A DNA stretch of 64,000 bases, taken from NCBI GenBank assembly GCA_035388785.1, contig DAOOQN010000001.1:23996-87995 (forward strand). Direction: 5' to 3'. The stretch's first letter is position 1; each line of letters opens with the position of its first letter. The notes below the pieces were generated by a model. It did not search any database. It saw only the letters and a program-made list of their open reading frames with translations, and was not told the origin of the DNA. Below, piece by piece: positions 27,172 through 36,523 of this stretch. A program made the position numbers and the translations under genes. The DNA comes from a bacterium. GTDB taxonomy: Bacteria > Patescibacteriota > Patescibacteriia > UBA2196.

Positions 27172-29256
27172 ATGCTACAAAAAATTAAATTATCAATTCA
27201 ACCTCTGCTGATAATTTCAATCTTGGTGTTAAATATGCTGGTATTTAAAAACCCATTTGTAGGCGGGCTTTTAACTTTAATTTATTTTTATTTTTTTAGT
27301 TTTCACTTTGGTCAACGACTTTTCTCTAGTCAAGAAAAATATTTTCAATTTTTTCTGGGTTTTATCTTTTTGATTGCTGAGATAATTTTATCTAGTGTAA
27401 TTCTTTATTACACAATCGGACTCGCCAATTTATCAATTTTTCTGATTTTGCTAATGCCATTAGTAACGATTATTTTTTTGCCAGCTAGCCAAACCATACC
27501 CACCCAGCCGCGCCAACCAATCTTTACTAATGAACCTAATAAAAAAAATGATCATAAAATCATTTTTTTTCTTAACCTCATTTACTTTAGTCTCTTCATT
27601 GTATTATCTTATTTTCTGGTTATATACCAAAACTCTGACGCCATTGTTTCACCGTGGGTAGTTTTACCCACACTATTTTTTTTGCTATATTTTTTAGCCA
27701 CTTTTCTTTTGCTATTTAAAATTTTTAAATTCCCCACTTACCAAAATATAATCTTAATTATTTTACACATTCTTTTAAGTGCTTCTGTGGCGATCGTCAT
27801 TTACCAAATTGGTTACGGTTTTGATCCTTTTATCCACCGCGTTGCAGAAAAAATAATTTTTACACAAGGTTTTATCTTACCCAAAACACCCTATTACATT
27901 GGTCAATATGGTTTAATAGTTTTTATTGCCAAAATTTCATATATAAATCTAACTGCTATTGATAAATTTTTAGCCCCACTTTTGGGCGCCCTGTTAATAC
28001 CACTGGCTACTTATTTTGCTTTCTTAAAATTAATTATCAAAAAAAAATTAGCCCAAATTTTGGCCTTATTCGCCGCCCTCCTAACCTTATTCACATTCTT
28101 TGTTACCACACCTCAACATTTAGCCAACATTTTTTTAATTGTTTTTGTCTGGTTGGTTTTTATGAATTTACATTCTACAACCCTCAAGATAAACCAATTG
28201 TGGTTTTTGGGTCTCACCATTACAGTCATTCACCCCTTAGCCGGCATACCCGCTTTAATGTACTGTTGGTTATATTGGCTAAAAACAGACTCGCAGCAAA
28301 AGCTTATCTTTAATCTTTCTTTATTTTTATTTCTTTTTGTTCTACCGATACTTTTTTTAGGCGCCACTTTTTTGTTACCCAATTTTAATCTAACTTTTAA
28401 TTTTAATGGGCCCAAAGAAGTCTTAAAAACTTGGCTGGCGCAAGACAGTTATTTATCTTTCTATTCTTTTTTACATGCACCTTATTTATTAAAAAAATAT
28501 TTTATTTTATTAGTGGCTTTAGGCAGCACGCTTGGTTTTTATAAATTTTATAAAACACATTCCGTAAATACTGGCAAAAAAATATTTATCTTCCCATGGC
28601 TTATTTTTATTCTATTATTTAATGCCTTACTATTAAAATGTTTAAACTTTAGTGCTGTAATTAATTATGAGCAAAATATTTTTCCACTGCGCTTTGCACA
28701 CGCTGCTTACTTTTTTGCTTTGCCTTTTTTATTATTTTTGGCCACTAATTTTAATTTGGACAAAAAAAATAACTCAAAAAAATTTAGCCTGGTGGCCTTT
28801 ACTTTATCTTTTGTTGCCGTTTCGATTTTTTATTTTTCCTATCCGCGTTATGATCGTCTAGAAAAAAACAAAGGTTATAGTGTGTCTACAACCGATATCC
28901 AAGCTGTTCAACTCATTGAACAAAAAAATATGGCTGAAAATTATATTGTCCTAGCCAACCAATCAACTTCTGCCGCTGCTTTACAAGAATTTGGTTTTAA
29001 AAAATATTATAATACTTTTTTTTATTATCCCCTGCCAACCTCTTCTCCGCTTTACCAGATTTATCTTAATATTACCTATCAAGGTATCCAACCAAAATTT
29101 ATTGACTCTGCCAAACAACTTACTGGCGTCGAAAATGTATATTTAATTTTTAACGATTATTGGACTAATTACAAAAAACTAGTTGTAGAAGGCAAAAACA
29201 CGGCAAAAGAAAGCTGGAAAATTATGGCTGGTAAAATCTGGATTTTTAAGTATTAA
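27172..29256 (+). CDS. Large polytopic membrane protein (about 14 TM), GT-C-like
   Basis: 694 aa, extremely hydrophobic throughout, with a C-terminal soluble domain. Divergently transcribed from the 25364-27049 gene. Confidence 0.45.
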   Translation: MLQKIKLSIQPLLIISILVLNMLVFKNPFVGGLLTLIYFYFFSFHFGQRLFSSQEKYFQFFLGFIFLIAEIILSSVILYYTIGLANLSIFLILLMPLVTIIFLPASQTIPTQPRQPIFTNEPNKKNDHKIIFFLNLIYFSLFIVLSYFLVIYQNSDAIVSPWVVLPTLFFLLYFLATFLLLFKIFKFPTYQNIILIILHILLSASVAIVIYQIGYGFDPFIHRVAEKIIFTQGFILPKTPYYIGQYGLIVFIAKISYINLTAIDKFLAPLLGALLIPLATYFAFLKLIIKKKLAQILALFAALLTLFTFFVTTPQHLANIFLIVFVWLVFMNLHSTTLKINQLWFLGLTITVIHPLAGIPALMYCWLYWLKTDSQQKLIFNLSLFLFLFVLPILFLGATFLLPNFNLTFNFNGPKEVLKTWLAQDSYLSFYSFLHAPYLLKKYFILLVALGSTLGFYKFYKTHSVNTGKKIFIFPWLIFILLFNALLLKCLNFSAVINYEQNIFPLRFAHAAYFFALPFLLFLATNFNLDKKNNSKKFSLVAFTLSFVAVSIFYFSYPRYDRLEKNKGYSVSTTDIQAVQLIEQKNMAENYIVLANQSTSAAALQEFGFKKYYNTFFYYPLPTSSPLYQIYLNITYQGIQPKFIDSAKQLTGVENVYLIFNDYWTNYKKLVVEGKNTAKESWKIMAGKIWIFKY

Positions 29257-29280
29257 TAAAAAACACTCTCACAATAATAA

Positions 29281-29320
29281 AAACTCCCAAAATTAAGAAC
29301 GTGGGGGTTTATTTATTTTT
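29281..29320. terminator. Bidirectional terminator between convergent genes
   Basis: AACTCCCA...TGGGGGTTTATTTATTTTTT hairpin plus T-run. Confidence 0.5.
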
Positions 29321-30404
29321 TATTCTTAATTTTATCCACGAACTCAATCATTTGGCGTTGAAAATTTTCTTTACTAAAATTCATGGCGTGTGCACGAATT
29401 TTTTGTGCATCATACTTCTCTGGTTTAAAATGAATAATTGTATTGGCCAGACTTTCCCAGGTTTGATCCTCAAAAAATTCTCCACTCAAATTTGGTTCGA
29501 CTGTTTCTAAAGCACCGCCTGCTTCATAAGCAATCACTGGACGACCTGCTGCCATCGCTTCGACTGCCGTAATACCAAAATCCTCTTCCTGTGGGTTTAT
29601 AAAAGCTATCGCCTCATTGTATAATTGCATCTTTTGATCATCTGTAACTTCACCCAAAAACTTAATGTTATTTTTTGCCATTCCTCTAAGCTCATCCATT
29701 TCTGGTCCAGTACCAAAAACCTTCAATGGTAAATCTAGTTTATTAAAAGCCCGAATCGCCACATCATAACGCTTATAAGGTACCAATCTGCCACCAATTA
29801 AATAGTAATCTTTAATTTGATTGGCAATAGAAAATTTTTCCACCTCAACTGGCGGATAAATTATTGTAGAATCTTTTTGATAATATTTTTTAACACGGCT
29901 TTGTACGTTTTTGGAATTGCTTAAAAAATAATCCACTCGTTGTGCCGCCGACCAATCCCAATTACGCAAAAAAGATAAATAAAATGGTAAAAATTTCTTA
30001 ACCACACCAGGATAAGGTAAATCTTCTACATAGCCTTTAAAATCAGACCACAAATACCTGGTTGGTGTATGACAATAACAAACATGACAAGTATCAGGTT
30101 TCGTAATCACGCCTTTAGCAAAAGACGAACTGGATGAAATTACTATATCAAAATCTTTTAAATCATGCGATTCTATAGCCATGGGCATCAATGGTAAATA
30201 CCATTGATACTTTGTTTTTATGCCGGGCATATGTTGCAAAAAAGAAGCTCTTAAGTCCGATTGTCTATAATATTGGGCTTTTTTTTGTTCATCATAAATT
30301 AAAACAAAAGTTGGACTTTCTGGATAAAGTTCTTGCAAGGCGCGCAGGACTCTTTCCTGTCCGCCTTCTTGGACCAACATATCATTAATCAAAGCAATTT
30401 TCAT
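29313..30404 (-). CDS. Glycosyltransferase family 4 (GT-B)
   Basis: 363 aa; C-terminal EDFGITAVEAMAAGRPVIA motif of GT4. Confidence 0.8.
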   Translation of the reverse strand: MKIALINDMLVQEGGQERVLRALQELYPESPTFVLIYDEQKKAQYYRQSDLRASFLQHMPGIKTKYQWYLPLMPMAIESHDLKDFDIVISSSSSFAKGVITKPDTCHVCYCHTPTRYLWSDFKGYVEDLPYPGVVKKFLPFYLSFLRNWDWSAAQRVDYFLSNSKNVQSRVKKYYQKDSTIIYPPVEVEKFSIANQIKDYYLIGGRLVPYKRYDVAIRAFNKLDLPLKVFGTGPEMDELRGMAKNNIKFLGEVTDDQKMQLYNEAIAFINPQEEDFGITAVEAMAAGRPVIAYEAGGALETVEPNLSGEFFEDQTWESLANTIIHFKPEKYDAQKIRAHAMNFSKENFQRQMIEFVDKIKNKK

Positions 30405-30481
30405 TTTTTTATCTTACCAATTTAATACTTAAAAAGCAACTTTAAACCCAACACAAAAACAGCCTCACAGCTGTTTTAAAT

Positions 30482-31873
30482 TTACTTCGCCCCTCTTCTA
30501 GCTAAAACTACCCACGGAGTTTTGATTAAAATAATTAAATCCAGCCAAAAAGACCAATTTTCAATATAAAAAATATCCAAACGCACTTCTTCAGAAAATT
30601 CCAAATCTGAACGACCGGAAACTTGAGCTAAACCAGTTATGCCCGGTTTGATGTTCAATAGTTTTTTTTGCTGTTTTTCATAATTTTGAACTTCTTTTAA
30701 TTCATGTGGTCGTGGACCCACCAAACTCATACTACCGCGCAAGACATTCCAAAGTTGTGGCAATTCATCCAGACTCCACTGTCGTAAAAATTTACCAACT
30801 CTTGTTAAGCGTGGATCATTTGTTATCTTAAAAAGTGGACCATCTTTTCTTTCATTCTGCACCATGAGTTTGTCTTTAAAAGCCTCAGCATTTTTTATCA
30901 TCGATCTAAATTTCCAAATTACAATAGTCTGATCCTTAACTCCTACTCTTTTAGAGCCATAAAATATTGGCCCGATTGAATCAACTTTAACCAACAAGGC
31001 AATAATAAGAAATAGTGGCATTAAAATAATTAGAGACAAAACAGCAAAAAAAATATCAAAAGCGCGTTTTAAAATTTTTCCCCATCCATCCAACACTGTG
31101 CGCTTCACTTCAACAATCGGCACGCCGGCAATGGTATACAAATCAACCCGGGGACTTTGGGTGGTAAAAAAATCAGCCGCGTATTTAAAAATTAAATGTT
31201 TTTCGTCGGCAAAATCCAATAAGGCTAAATTTTGCTCACGACTTAAATTGGTATCCGCCTGCATAATTTCATCAAAACCCTGTTTGTTGTACAGTGTTTC
31301 CAGTTCTTCCTGTGTACCATTGGTAAAATTATTAAAACGTGCCACTAAAAAATAACCCAAACGTTTATTACGATACATTTCTTTAGCCATATCGTCAGCC
31401 GAATCATTTGCGCCAATCATTACCACTCGTCTAACACCCAAACCCTTACCTAATAAAATGTATTGAATCAAACGCACACTTAATCTGGCTAACAGTACAA
31501 ACAGAATTGAAAAAATCCACGCTGCTAATAAAATAAAACGTGAATTAAAAAGTTCGCGCGAAAAAAACGCTCCCACAATAACCGCCAACATCCCAGTTGA
31601 ACAAGCCAAAAATATTTTACCAATTTCATCAAAAATTTTTGTTGGACCCTTAATCTGATACAATCCGGCAATAATAAAAATAAGCAACCAACCCACAGCA
31701 ATTAAACACACATAGCTTAAATATTGATTATATTCCAAATTAAAAATCACCGGTCTAATTGTCTGAATCCATGCAACATAACGCAAAAAATAAGCAGCTG
31801 TCGCTGCTAAAATCAGCATGGCGTAATCCAAGGGCACCAAAATAGCTGAAAAGGTCAAATCAGTTTTTTTCAT
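30482..31873 (-). CDS. Polyprenyl-phosphate sugar phosphotransferase (WbaP/CpsE-type initiating enzyme)
   Basis: 463 aa; N-terminal TM bundle; C-terminal bacterial sugar-transferase domain ([44 protein letters not shown]). Confidence 0.85.
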   Translation of the reverse strand: MKKTDLTFSAILVPLDYAMLILAATAAYFLRYVAWIQTIRPVIFNLEYNQYLSYVCLIAVGWLLIFIIAGLYQIKGPTKIFDEIGKIFLACSTGMLAVIVGAFFSRELFNSRFILLAAWIFSILFVLLARLSVRLIQYILLGKGLGVRRVVMIGANDSADDMAKEMYRNKRLGYFLVARFNNFTNGTQEELETLYNKQGFDEIMQADTNLSREQNLALLDFADEKHLIFKYAADFFTTQSPRVDLYTIAGVPIVEVKRTVLDGWGKILKRAFDIFFAVLSLIILMPLFLIIALLVKVDSIGPIFYGSKRVGVKDQTIVIWKFRSMIKNAEAFKDKLMVQNERKDGPLFKITNDPRLTRVGKFLRQWSLDELPQLWNVLRGSMSLVGPRPHELKEVQNYEKQQKKLLNIKPGITGLAQVSGRSDLEFSEEVRLDIFYIENWSFWLDLIILIKTPWVVLARRGAK

Positions 31874-31892
31874 AAATTAAAATTCTTTTAGA

Positions 31893-32257
31893 TCCAAAGG
31901 GCGGGATCATAAGCCGGATTCTGTTTCCGTTTAAACGGAATGCGATCATCTATCTAACGCGTTCTATTAAAAGAACTTGCGCCGGATAAGGCTTACCCAA
32001 ATCTATGTCACCATAGAAGCGCGTGGTCTCTTACACCGCGGTTTCATCCTTACCTTGTGAGTCTTTAGCTAACAAGGCGGTTTATTTTCTGTGGCGCTTG
32101 CTCGGAGTTTTAAAATTGACCAAGAAAAATAAAACGATCGTAACTTATTTTTCTTGTATTTCTTATACTCGGTTCTGTTTCAGAACTATCCTTTATGTGG
32201 CGTCCGGACTTTCCTCCCCGATTATACAATCAGGGCGATCGCTCACCCACCCTTTAG
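31893..32257 (-). ncRNA. rnpB: RNase P RNA (bacterial type A)
   Basis: On the minus strand: the 5' P4 strand GGAGGAAAGUCCGGAC (plus 32202-32217) and the 3' P4 strand ACAGAAUCCGGCUUA (plus 31910-31924). P1 pairs 5' AAAGGGUGGG with 3' CCCGCCCUUU; internal GGUAA and ACAGAAA motifs are present. Length about 365 nt. A consensus promoter lies just upstream. Confidence 0.85.
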
Positions 32258-32266
32258 ACAATATCT

Positions 32267-32295
32267 ATATTAACAAAAAATAAGGTTTTTGTCAA
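32267..32295 (-). promoter_or_regulatory. sigma70 promoter of rnpB (TTGACA-N17-TAATAT)
   Basis: Minus-strand TTGACA (plus 32290-32295) and TAATAT (plus 32267-32272). The predicted TSS falls about 8-10 nt before the P1 5' strand. Confidence 0.6.
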
Positions 32296-32367
32296 AAAAG
32301 ACAAAATAAAAATCCACTCAAAAAGTGAATCATTTTTTATAATTCATAATGTTTAACCAAAAAAACA

Positions 32368-33093
32368 TCACCCCTTTGGTTCTTCTTTCTGGTTCTCTTG
32401 TGTGTCATTATTTGCCACATTATTACTGTGTTGATGTGTAGCATGTTGTTCTTCGGTCTCATGAGCAGCCACATGTCTTTCATAAGCCATCAATTCAAAC
32501 ACAGTGCGCCATAAACCCAAAACCAATGCACAATACTTTCTTAAATATTCCGGACTTAAGGCGTTAATTTTGGCAGTCACGGGACCAAAAGCTAAATTTT
32601 GAAACATAAAAAACGCCAACGATAAAGGCATTTTTAATTTTGGATAAAGATCGGTTTCCAAATTAAATTTATTTACATCAGTTTCTGCCTGACCAACATG
32701 CTCCATTACATTACCCAATAATACATAAAAAAGTTGTTGCGTAGTTTTTTCAAAATCACGTTTTTCAAAAAGATCCAAAACTTGCTTAGTAAATTTTTCA
32801 ATCGTTTCTTCTTTGTCTTTTTCCAACTTATTATTTTCCCTGTCTAATTCAGCTTTTTTACCAAAACTTTCAATCAAAAATTTATAAGCTAAAATCGGAT
32901 CTGGCTCCAAAAGTTTTTCTATAAACTGCCAAGTACCAATAAACTCACGGTTTATTTCGCGCATCAATTTAAAATATTCCTTAAAATCTGGTGCTGCGTT
33001 TAAGGCTTTGATCTTTTCTTCCAAAAGCTGTTGAATTTTTTCTTTATTGTCTGACATATAAAACATTATGGCACAAAAAAAATATTCAAGCAA
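32368..33093 (-). CDS. Hypothetical protein with an acidic, His-rich C-terminus
   Basis: 241 aa (likely start at the internal MSDNKEK). The C-terminal tail is HETEEQHATHQHSNNVANNDTQENQKEEPKG. Confidence 0.4.
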   Translation of the reverse strand: MLEYFFCAIMFYMSDNKEKIQQLLEEKIKALNAAPDFKEYFKLMREINREFIGTWQFIEKLLEPDPILAYKFLIESFGKKAELDRENNKLEKDKEETIEKFTKQVLDLFEKRDFEKTTQQLFYVLLGNVMEHVGQAETDVNKFNLETDLYPKLKMPLSLAFFMFQNLAFGPVTAKINALSPEYLRKYCALVLGLWRTVFELMAYERHVAAHETEEQHATHQHSNNVANNDTQENQKEEPKG

Positions 33094-33094
33094 A

Positions 33095-34279
33095 TTAGCT
33101 TAAATAAATTTCTTCTAACTTTTTAATATATATATTTAAACTGTGTTTTTTGGCGCGTTGCCAACAGTTCTGACTTAAATCATTTAAATTATCACCCCTT
33201 AAAACGTGTGACATAATTTTCACCAGACTCTCAACATCACCAGGTTTAAACAAAAAACCAGTCTTGCCTTCTTGGATCAACTCAACAATTCCACCCAGAT
33301 TAGACGCAATAACTGGCAGGCCATAACTAAAAGCCTCCGCGATGACGGTTGGTGAGTTTTCATAAGTCAAAGTTGTTAATACCAAAAACTGTGCCTGCCG
33401 ATACAAATCTGTCAAACGTTCGTGTTCTAATTGGCCGTAGAAAAAAATATTTTCACTTTCTGCGGCTAAAGCGTAGGCTTTTTTCATCTCGTGTCCAGTG
33501 CCGGCAATATGTAGAAAAACTTTTTTACCATCTGTGGGTAATTTTTTAAAAGCTTGAATTAACAATATAACCCCTTTATACTCTTCCACTCGGCCCACAT
33601 ACAAAAAGTTAAATTCATCGGCCTTAATCTTTGGTAATCCAGGTTGGTTATTAAAAATTTCAACGCTTGGATTCAAAACCAACTCCTTTTGACTGTGGGT
33701 AAAAAAATCCTTTTTCAGGTAAAAATCTAACAGCCATTGTGAGGGTGAAATTACTATTTGTGGTGAATTAAACAATACACGTACTATTTTTTCATACCCA
33801 ATTCTTAAAAAAAAGGTGTTAATAAAATTCTTTTCTTGACCATAAATTAATTGCCCAGACGGATAAACCAGTTGAATATCGTGCAGAGTATGGATATGCC
33901 TTATTTTTAATTTTTTTATACTGCGTGGTAATAAAAAACTCAAACCACTTAAATTATGCGTATGCACCAAATCTGGACGTTCTTGTTGTAAAATTTTTTC
34001 AATCTTTTTGGTAACACTAAAATTAAAAATATTAAAAAACCACCATATCAAGCGTAGGAAAGCTGGTTTTTTATCAATATCAAAAAAAGAAAAAATATTC
34101 CATGCTTTAACGCGGTAAATTTTAATCTCTTGCCCAATTATTTCATCTTTTCTGCCGACAGTAATTATCATAACAGTGTGCCCATTTTTGACCAAACCAT
34201 TGGCCGTAGCTTTCACCACTGTTTCTGCCCCACCTTTGGTGTATGGGTCGTATAAATTATTGATTAAACAAATTTTCAT
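33095..34279 (-). CDS. Glycosyltransferase family 4
   Basis: 394 aa with the GT4 C-terminal motif ENSPTVIAEAFSYGLPVIASNLGGIVE...GKTGFL. Confidence 0.8.
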   Translation of the reverse strand: MKICLINNLYDPYTKGGAETVVKATANGLVKNGHTVMIITVGRKDEIIGQEIKIYRVKAWNIFSFFDIDKKPAFLRLIWWFFNIFNFSVTKKIEKILQQERPDLVHTHNLSGLSFLLPRSIKKLKIRHIHTLHDIQLVYPSGQLIYGQEKNFINTFFLRIGYEKIVRVLFNSPQIVISPSQWLLDFYLKKDFFTHSQKELVLNPSVEIFNNQPGLPKIKADEFNFLYVGRVEEYKGVILLIQAFKKLPTDGKKVFLHIAGTGHEMKKAYALAAESENIFFYGQLEHERLTDLYRQAQFLVLTTLTYENSPTVIAEAFSYGLPVIASNLGGIVELIQEGKTGFLFKPGDVESLVKIMSHVLRGDNLNDLSQNCWQRAKKHSLNIYIKKLEEIYLS

Positions 34280-34297
34280 AAAAGTTTTTTTAAATAA

Positions 34298-34325
34298 TTG
34301 ACATCGTTTCCCCTTGTGCTACGAT
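34298..34325 (+). promoter_or_regulatory. Near-consensus sigma70 promoter facing rightwards (TTGACA-N16-TACGAT)
   Basis: TTGACA at 34298-34303 and TACGAT at 34320-34325. It points away from the minus-strand GT4 gene and into the GC-rich element. Confidence 0.45.
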
Positions 34326-34331
34326 AAAATT

Positions 34332-34461
34332 AAACTGTAATTTATAACTCACGAGGAGGATCTCATGGGCTAAAGCGGCCAGCGCTGGTGGAGGCCGCGT
34401 CACTATGGGCGGAAAAATCCATGAAAATGGACAGCTAGTCAAACCATCAAATCCAATTGAT
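34332..34461 (+). ncRNA. Candidate small structured RNA (unassigned family), contains an SD-ATG-GGC-TAA mini-ORF
   Basis: Locally GC-rich. GAGGAGG at 34353-34359 is followed by ATG GGC TAA (34365-34373). A nested palindrome GCGGCC-AGCGCT-GGTGGA-GGCCGC, a hairpin UCCAU-GAAAA-AUGGA and a terminal 7-bp inverted repeat CCATCAA/TTGATGG (34444-34461) follow. There is no downstream plus-strand gene. Confidence 0.35.
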
Positions 34462-35802
34462 GGCGAATGAAAGACCCGCCCAAACAGCCATCATAAACCC
34501 CAAAGGCAGCCATAAAAAGTTGCCTTTGATTTTTTTTAAAACCATACTCAGCCAAGCCCAGCCAACAATCATGAGTAATGGCCAAGTTGAAAGAATAAAG
34601 CTTGCTTTTAAAGTTCCTCGCTCCAAAAAAGGAAATTTATACACATTAAAAGCCAGGGCTAAAAAAGAACTACTAATAAAAATTAGAAAGAAAAGATTAA
34701 TATTTGGTCTAAAACCACTTTTTATCCAACGCCAGAATAATCCTAGCACGCCGGCAATAAAAATAAAAACAAAAAATAAAGAAAAATATAACAGTAAAAT
34801 TGAAAGCTGAAACTTCTTAACAGTCACCAAATTACCACTTTCTGTTAAAACTTTCTGACTGTCTGGCACTTCTAAATTATTTTTATCAACATGATTGGCA
34901 ATTGTATAATAGTCACTAAAAGCATCGGCAAACACCACACTAAAAAACGAATCTTTTGAGCTCATCCAAAACGGTTGCCTAAATATCTCGCCACTCACAT
35001 GCAAGAAAAAATTTTTAGATAAATTCCCTTTGGCATTAATCTGTTCTTCATATATATTTATAGACAAACCATTACCAAAATGCTTTTGTTTATAAAAAAT
35101 CCATGGCGCATAAATACCGCCAGCTATGACTAAAAACAATAAACTATACCCCAACCATTTAATTTTGCGCTCATAACAGGCTTTATAAATAAACCATACC
35201 AAAAGCGCTAACACAAAAATAACGGCTGACAGTTTGGTTAACAAAGCCGCGCCAGAAAGTACACTCATTAAAATAATTCTTTTTGTGTTCCAACCTTTTT
35301 GCGAAAAAATAATAAAATAGTAAATTAATAAAGTGGTTAAAAAAGCCGCCAACAGTTCATTGGTTAAATAATTAGTCGTTTCGGTCATCACAGAAATTAA
35401 ACTACCACCAATTACAGCCGCCAGCCAAACTTTTTTGTCACTTGAAAATTTCTGCGCTGTTTTATAAACTAAAAAAACAAAAAGAAGACTTAAAAAAGCA
35501 GAGATTGTTTGTAAAAATTTAATTGTGCAATCCAAAAAATTAGTCTGACAAATTGGTTGTGTCGCCCACCCCAACAAAGCATTAAAAAAATAAAATCCCG
35601 GCTCATGCCAAGCCAAATAATTTTCAGCCATGGTTGGCAACCTCCAATCTTGCATGACGGTCTTTATGTATTCCAAATGTGCACCACCATCATAACCCCA
35701 ATAAGAATTAAAATTTATAGCATTATGTAGACGAAAACAAAAAAGCAATAAAAAAAATCCTACCAATAAAATATTAAATTTATTTTTCCACAAATAATTC
35801 AT
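34447..35802 (-). CDS. GT-C glycosyltransferase, PMT_2/ArnT-like (polyprenyl-phosphate-sugar dependent)
   Basis: 451 aa with at least 10 TM helices; first periplasmic loop has a D-x-x-x-E-Y motif (YWGYDGGAHLEYIK) like PMT/ArnT. Confidence 0.6.
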   Translation of the reverse strand: MNYLWKNKFNILLVGFFLLLFCFRLHNAINFNSYWGYDGGAHLEYIKTVMQDWRLPTMAENYLAWHEPGFYFFNALLGWATQPICQTNFLDCTIKFLQTISAFLSLLFVFLVYKTAQKFSSDKKVWLAAVIGGSLISVMTETTNYLTNELLAAFLTTLLIYYFIIFSQKGWNTKRIILMSVLSGAALLTKLSAVIFVLALLVWFIYKACYERKIKWLGYSLLFLVIAGGIYAPWIFYKQKHFGNGLSINIYEEQINAKGNLSKNFFLHVSGEIFRQPFWMSSKDSFFSVVFADAFSDYYTIANHVDKNNLEVPDSQKVLTESGNLVTVKKFQLSILLLYFSLFFVFIFIAGVLGLFWRWIKSGFRPNINLFFLIFISSSFLALAFNVYKFPFLERGTLKASFILSTWPLLMIVGWAWLSMVLKKIKGNFLWLPLGFMMAVWAGLSFAINWI

Positions 35803-35805
35803 GCT

Positions 35806-36519
35806 TTATTTTTTACAAATACGATACCAAAAAAGTTTAAATACTTTTCTAAAAAATTCTGTTATATCTCTCTTATTCAACTTTGATTTTCCCAACTCAC
35901 GGTCTGGAAAAACCACAGGTACTTCCACAATTTTTAAGCCGGCCATTTCTAAACGATAAACCGTTTCTACTTGAAAAGCATAACCATTACTTGAAATGTT
36001 TTCATAATCTATCTTTGTTAAAGTTTCAGCTCGAAAACAGCGAAAACCAGCTGTGAGGTCACGCGTTTTTAAACCCAATAAAATTTTAGCCAGCCACATA
36101 GCGCCATTAGAATATAATTTTCTTTTAAAATTCCAACCTATAATTTGACCGCCTTTGACTTTTCGTGACCCAATGGCCAAAGCTGCGCCATTTTGACACT
36201 CTAGCAGCAAACGCGATAAATCTTGTGGCTGGTGTGAAAAATCAGCATCCATTTCAAAAATAAAATCAGCACCTTTTTGTAAAGCATATTTAAATCCAGC
36301 TCGATAAGCCACGCCTAAACCCTGTTTTTTTTCACGATGCAAAACATCCACTGGCAATTCAGCAGCCAGCTTATCAGCTTTTTTTCCTGTACCATCCGGC
36401 GAATCATCATCCACAATTAAAATACGTAGACCATTAATTGGTTGTCTACAAATTTCGCGCACTAATTTTTCAATATTTTCTTTTTCATTATAAGTTGGGA
36501 TAACAATATAAATATTCAT
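35806..36519 (-). CDS. Polyprenyl-phosphate glycosyltransferase, GT2 (Dpm1/ArnC/GtrB-like)
   Basis: 237 aa; IVIPTYNEKENI...ILIVDDDSPDGT; soluble Dpm1-type GT2. Confidence 0.8.
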   Translation of the reverse strand: MNIYIVIPTYNEKENIEKLVREICRQPINGLRILIVDDDSPDGTGKKADKLAAELPVDVLHREKKQGLGVAYRAGFKYALQKGADFIFEMDADFSHQPQDLSRLLLECQNGAALAIGSRKVKGGQIIGWNFKRKLYSNGAMWLAKILLGLKTRDLTAGFRCFRAETLTKIDYENISSNGYAFQVETVYRLEMAGLKIVEVPVVFPDRELGKSKLNKRDITEFFRKVFKLFWYRICKK

Positions 36520-36523
36520 AATC

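Noticed and set aside
32023-32283. 86-aa plus-strand ORF in the ORF track
   Set aside because: Lies entirely within the RNase P RNA gene on the opposite strand; it has unusual composition and no protein features, so it is a spurious ORF.
34332-34461. Tested whether the structured element is SRP RNA, tmRNA, 6S RNA or a tRNA
   Set aside because: No GGAA-tetraloop/AGCAGC domain-IV motif (SRP), no tRNA-like 3' end or tag reading frame (tmRNA), no T-loop GTTCRANYC or acceptor CCA context (tRNA), and it is too short for 6S. It is left as an unassigned candidate.
34457-34810. 117-aa plus-strand Lys-rich ORF
   Set aside because: Completely antisense to the 3' end of the GT-C gene 34447-35802 and low-complexity; most likely non-coding. 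The upstream promoter is better explained by the small-RNA candidate.
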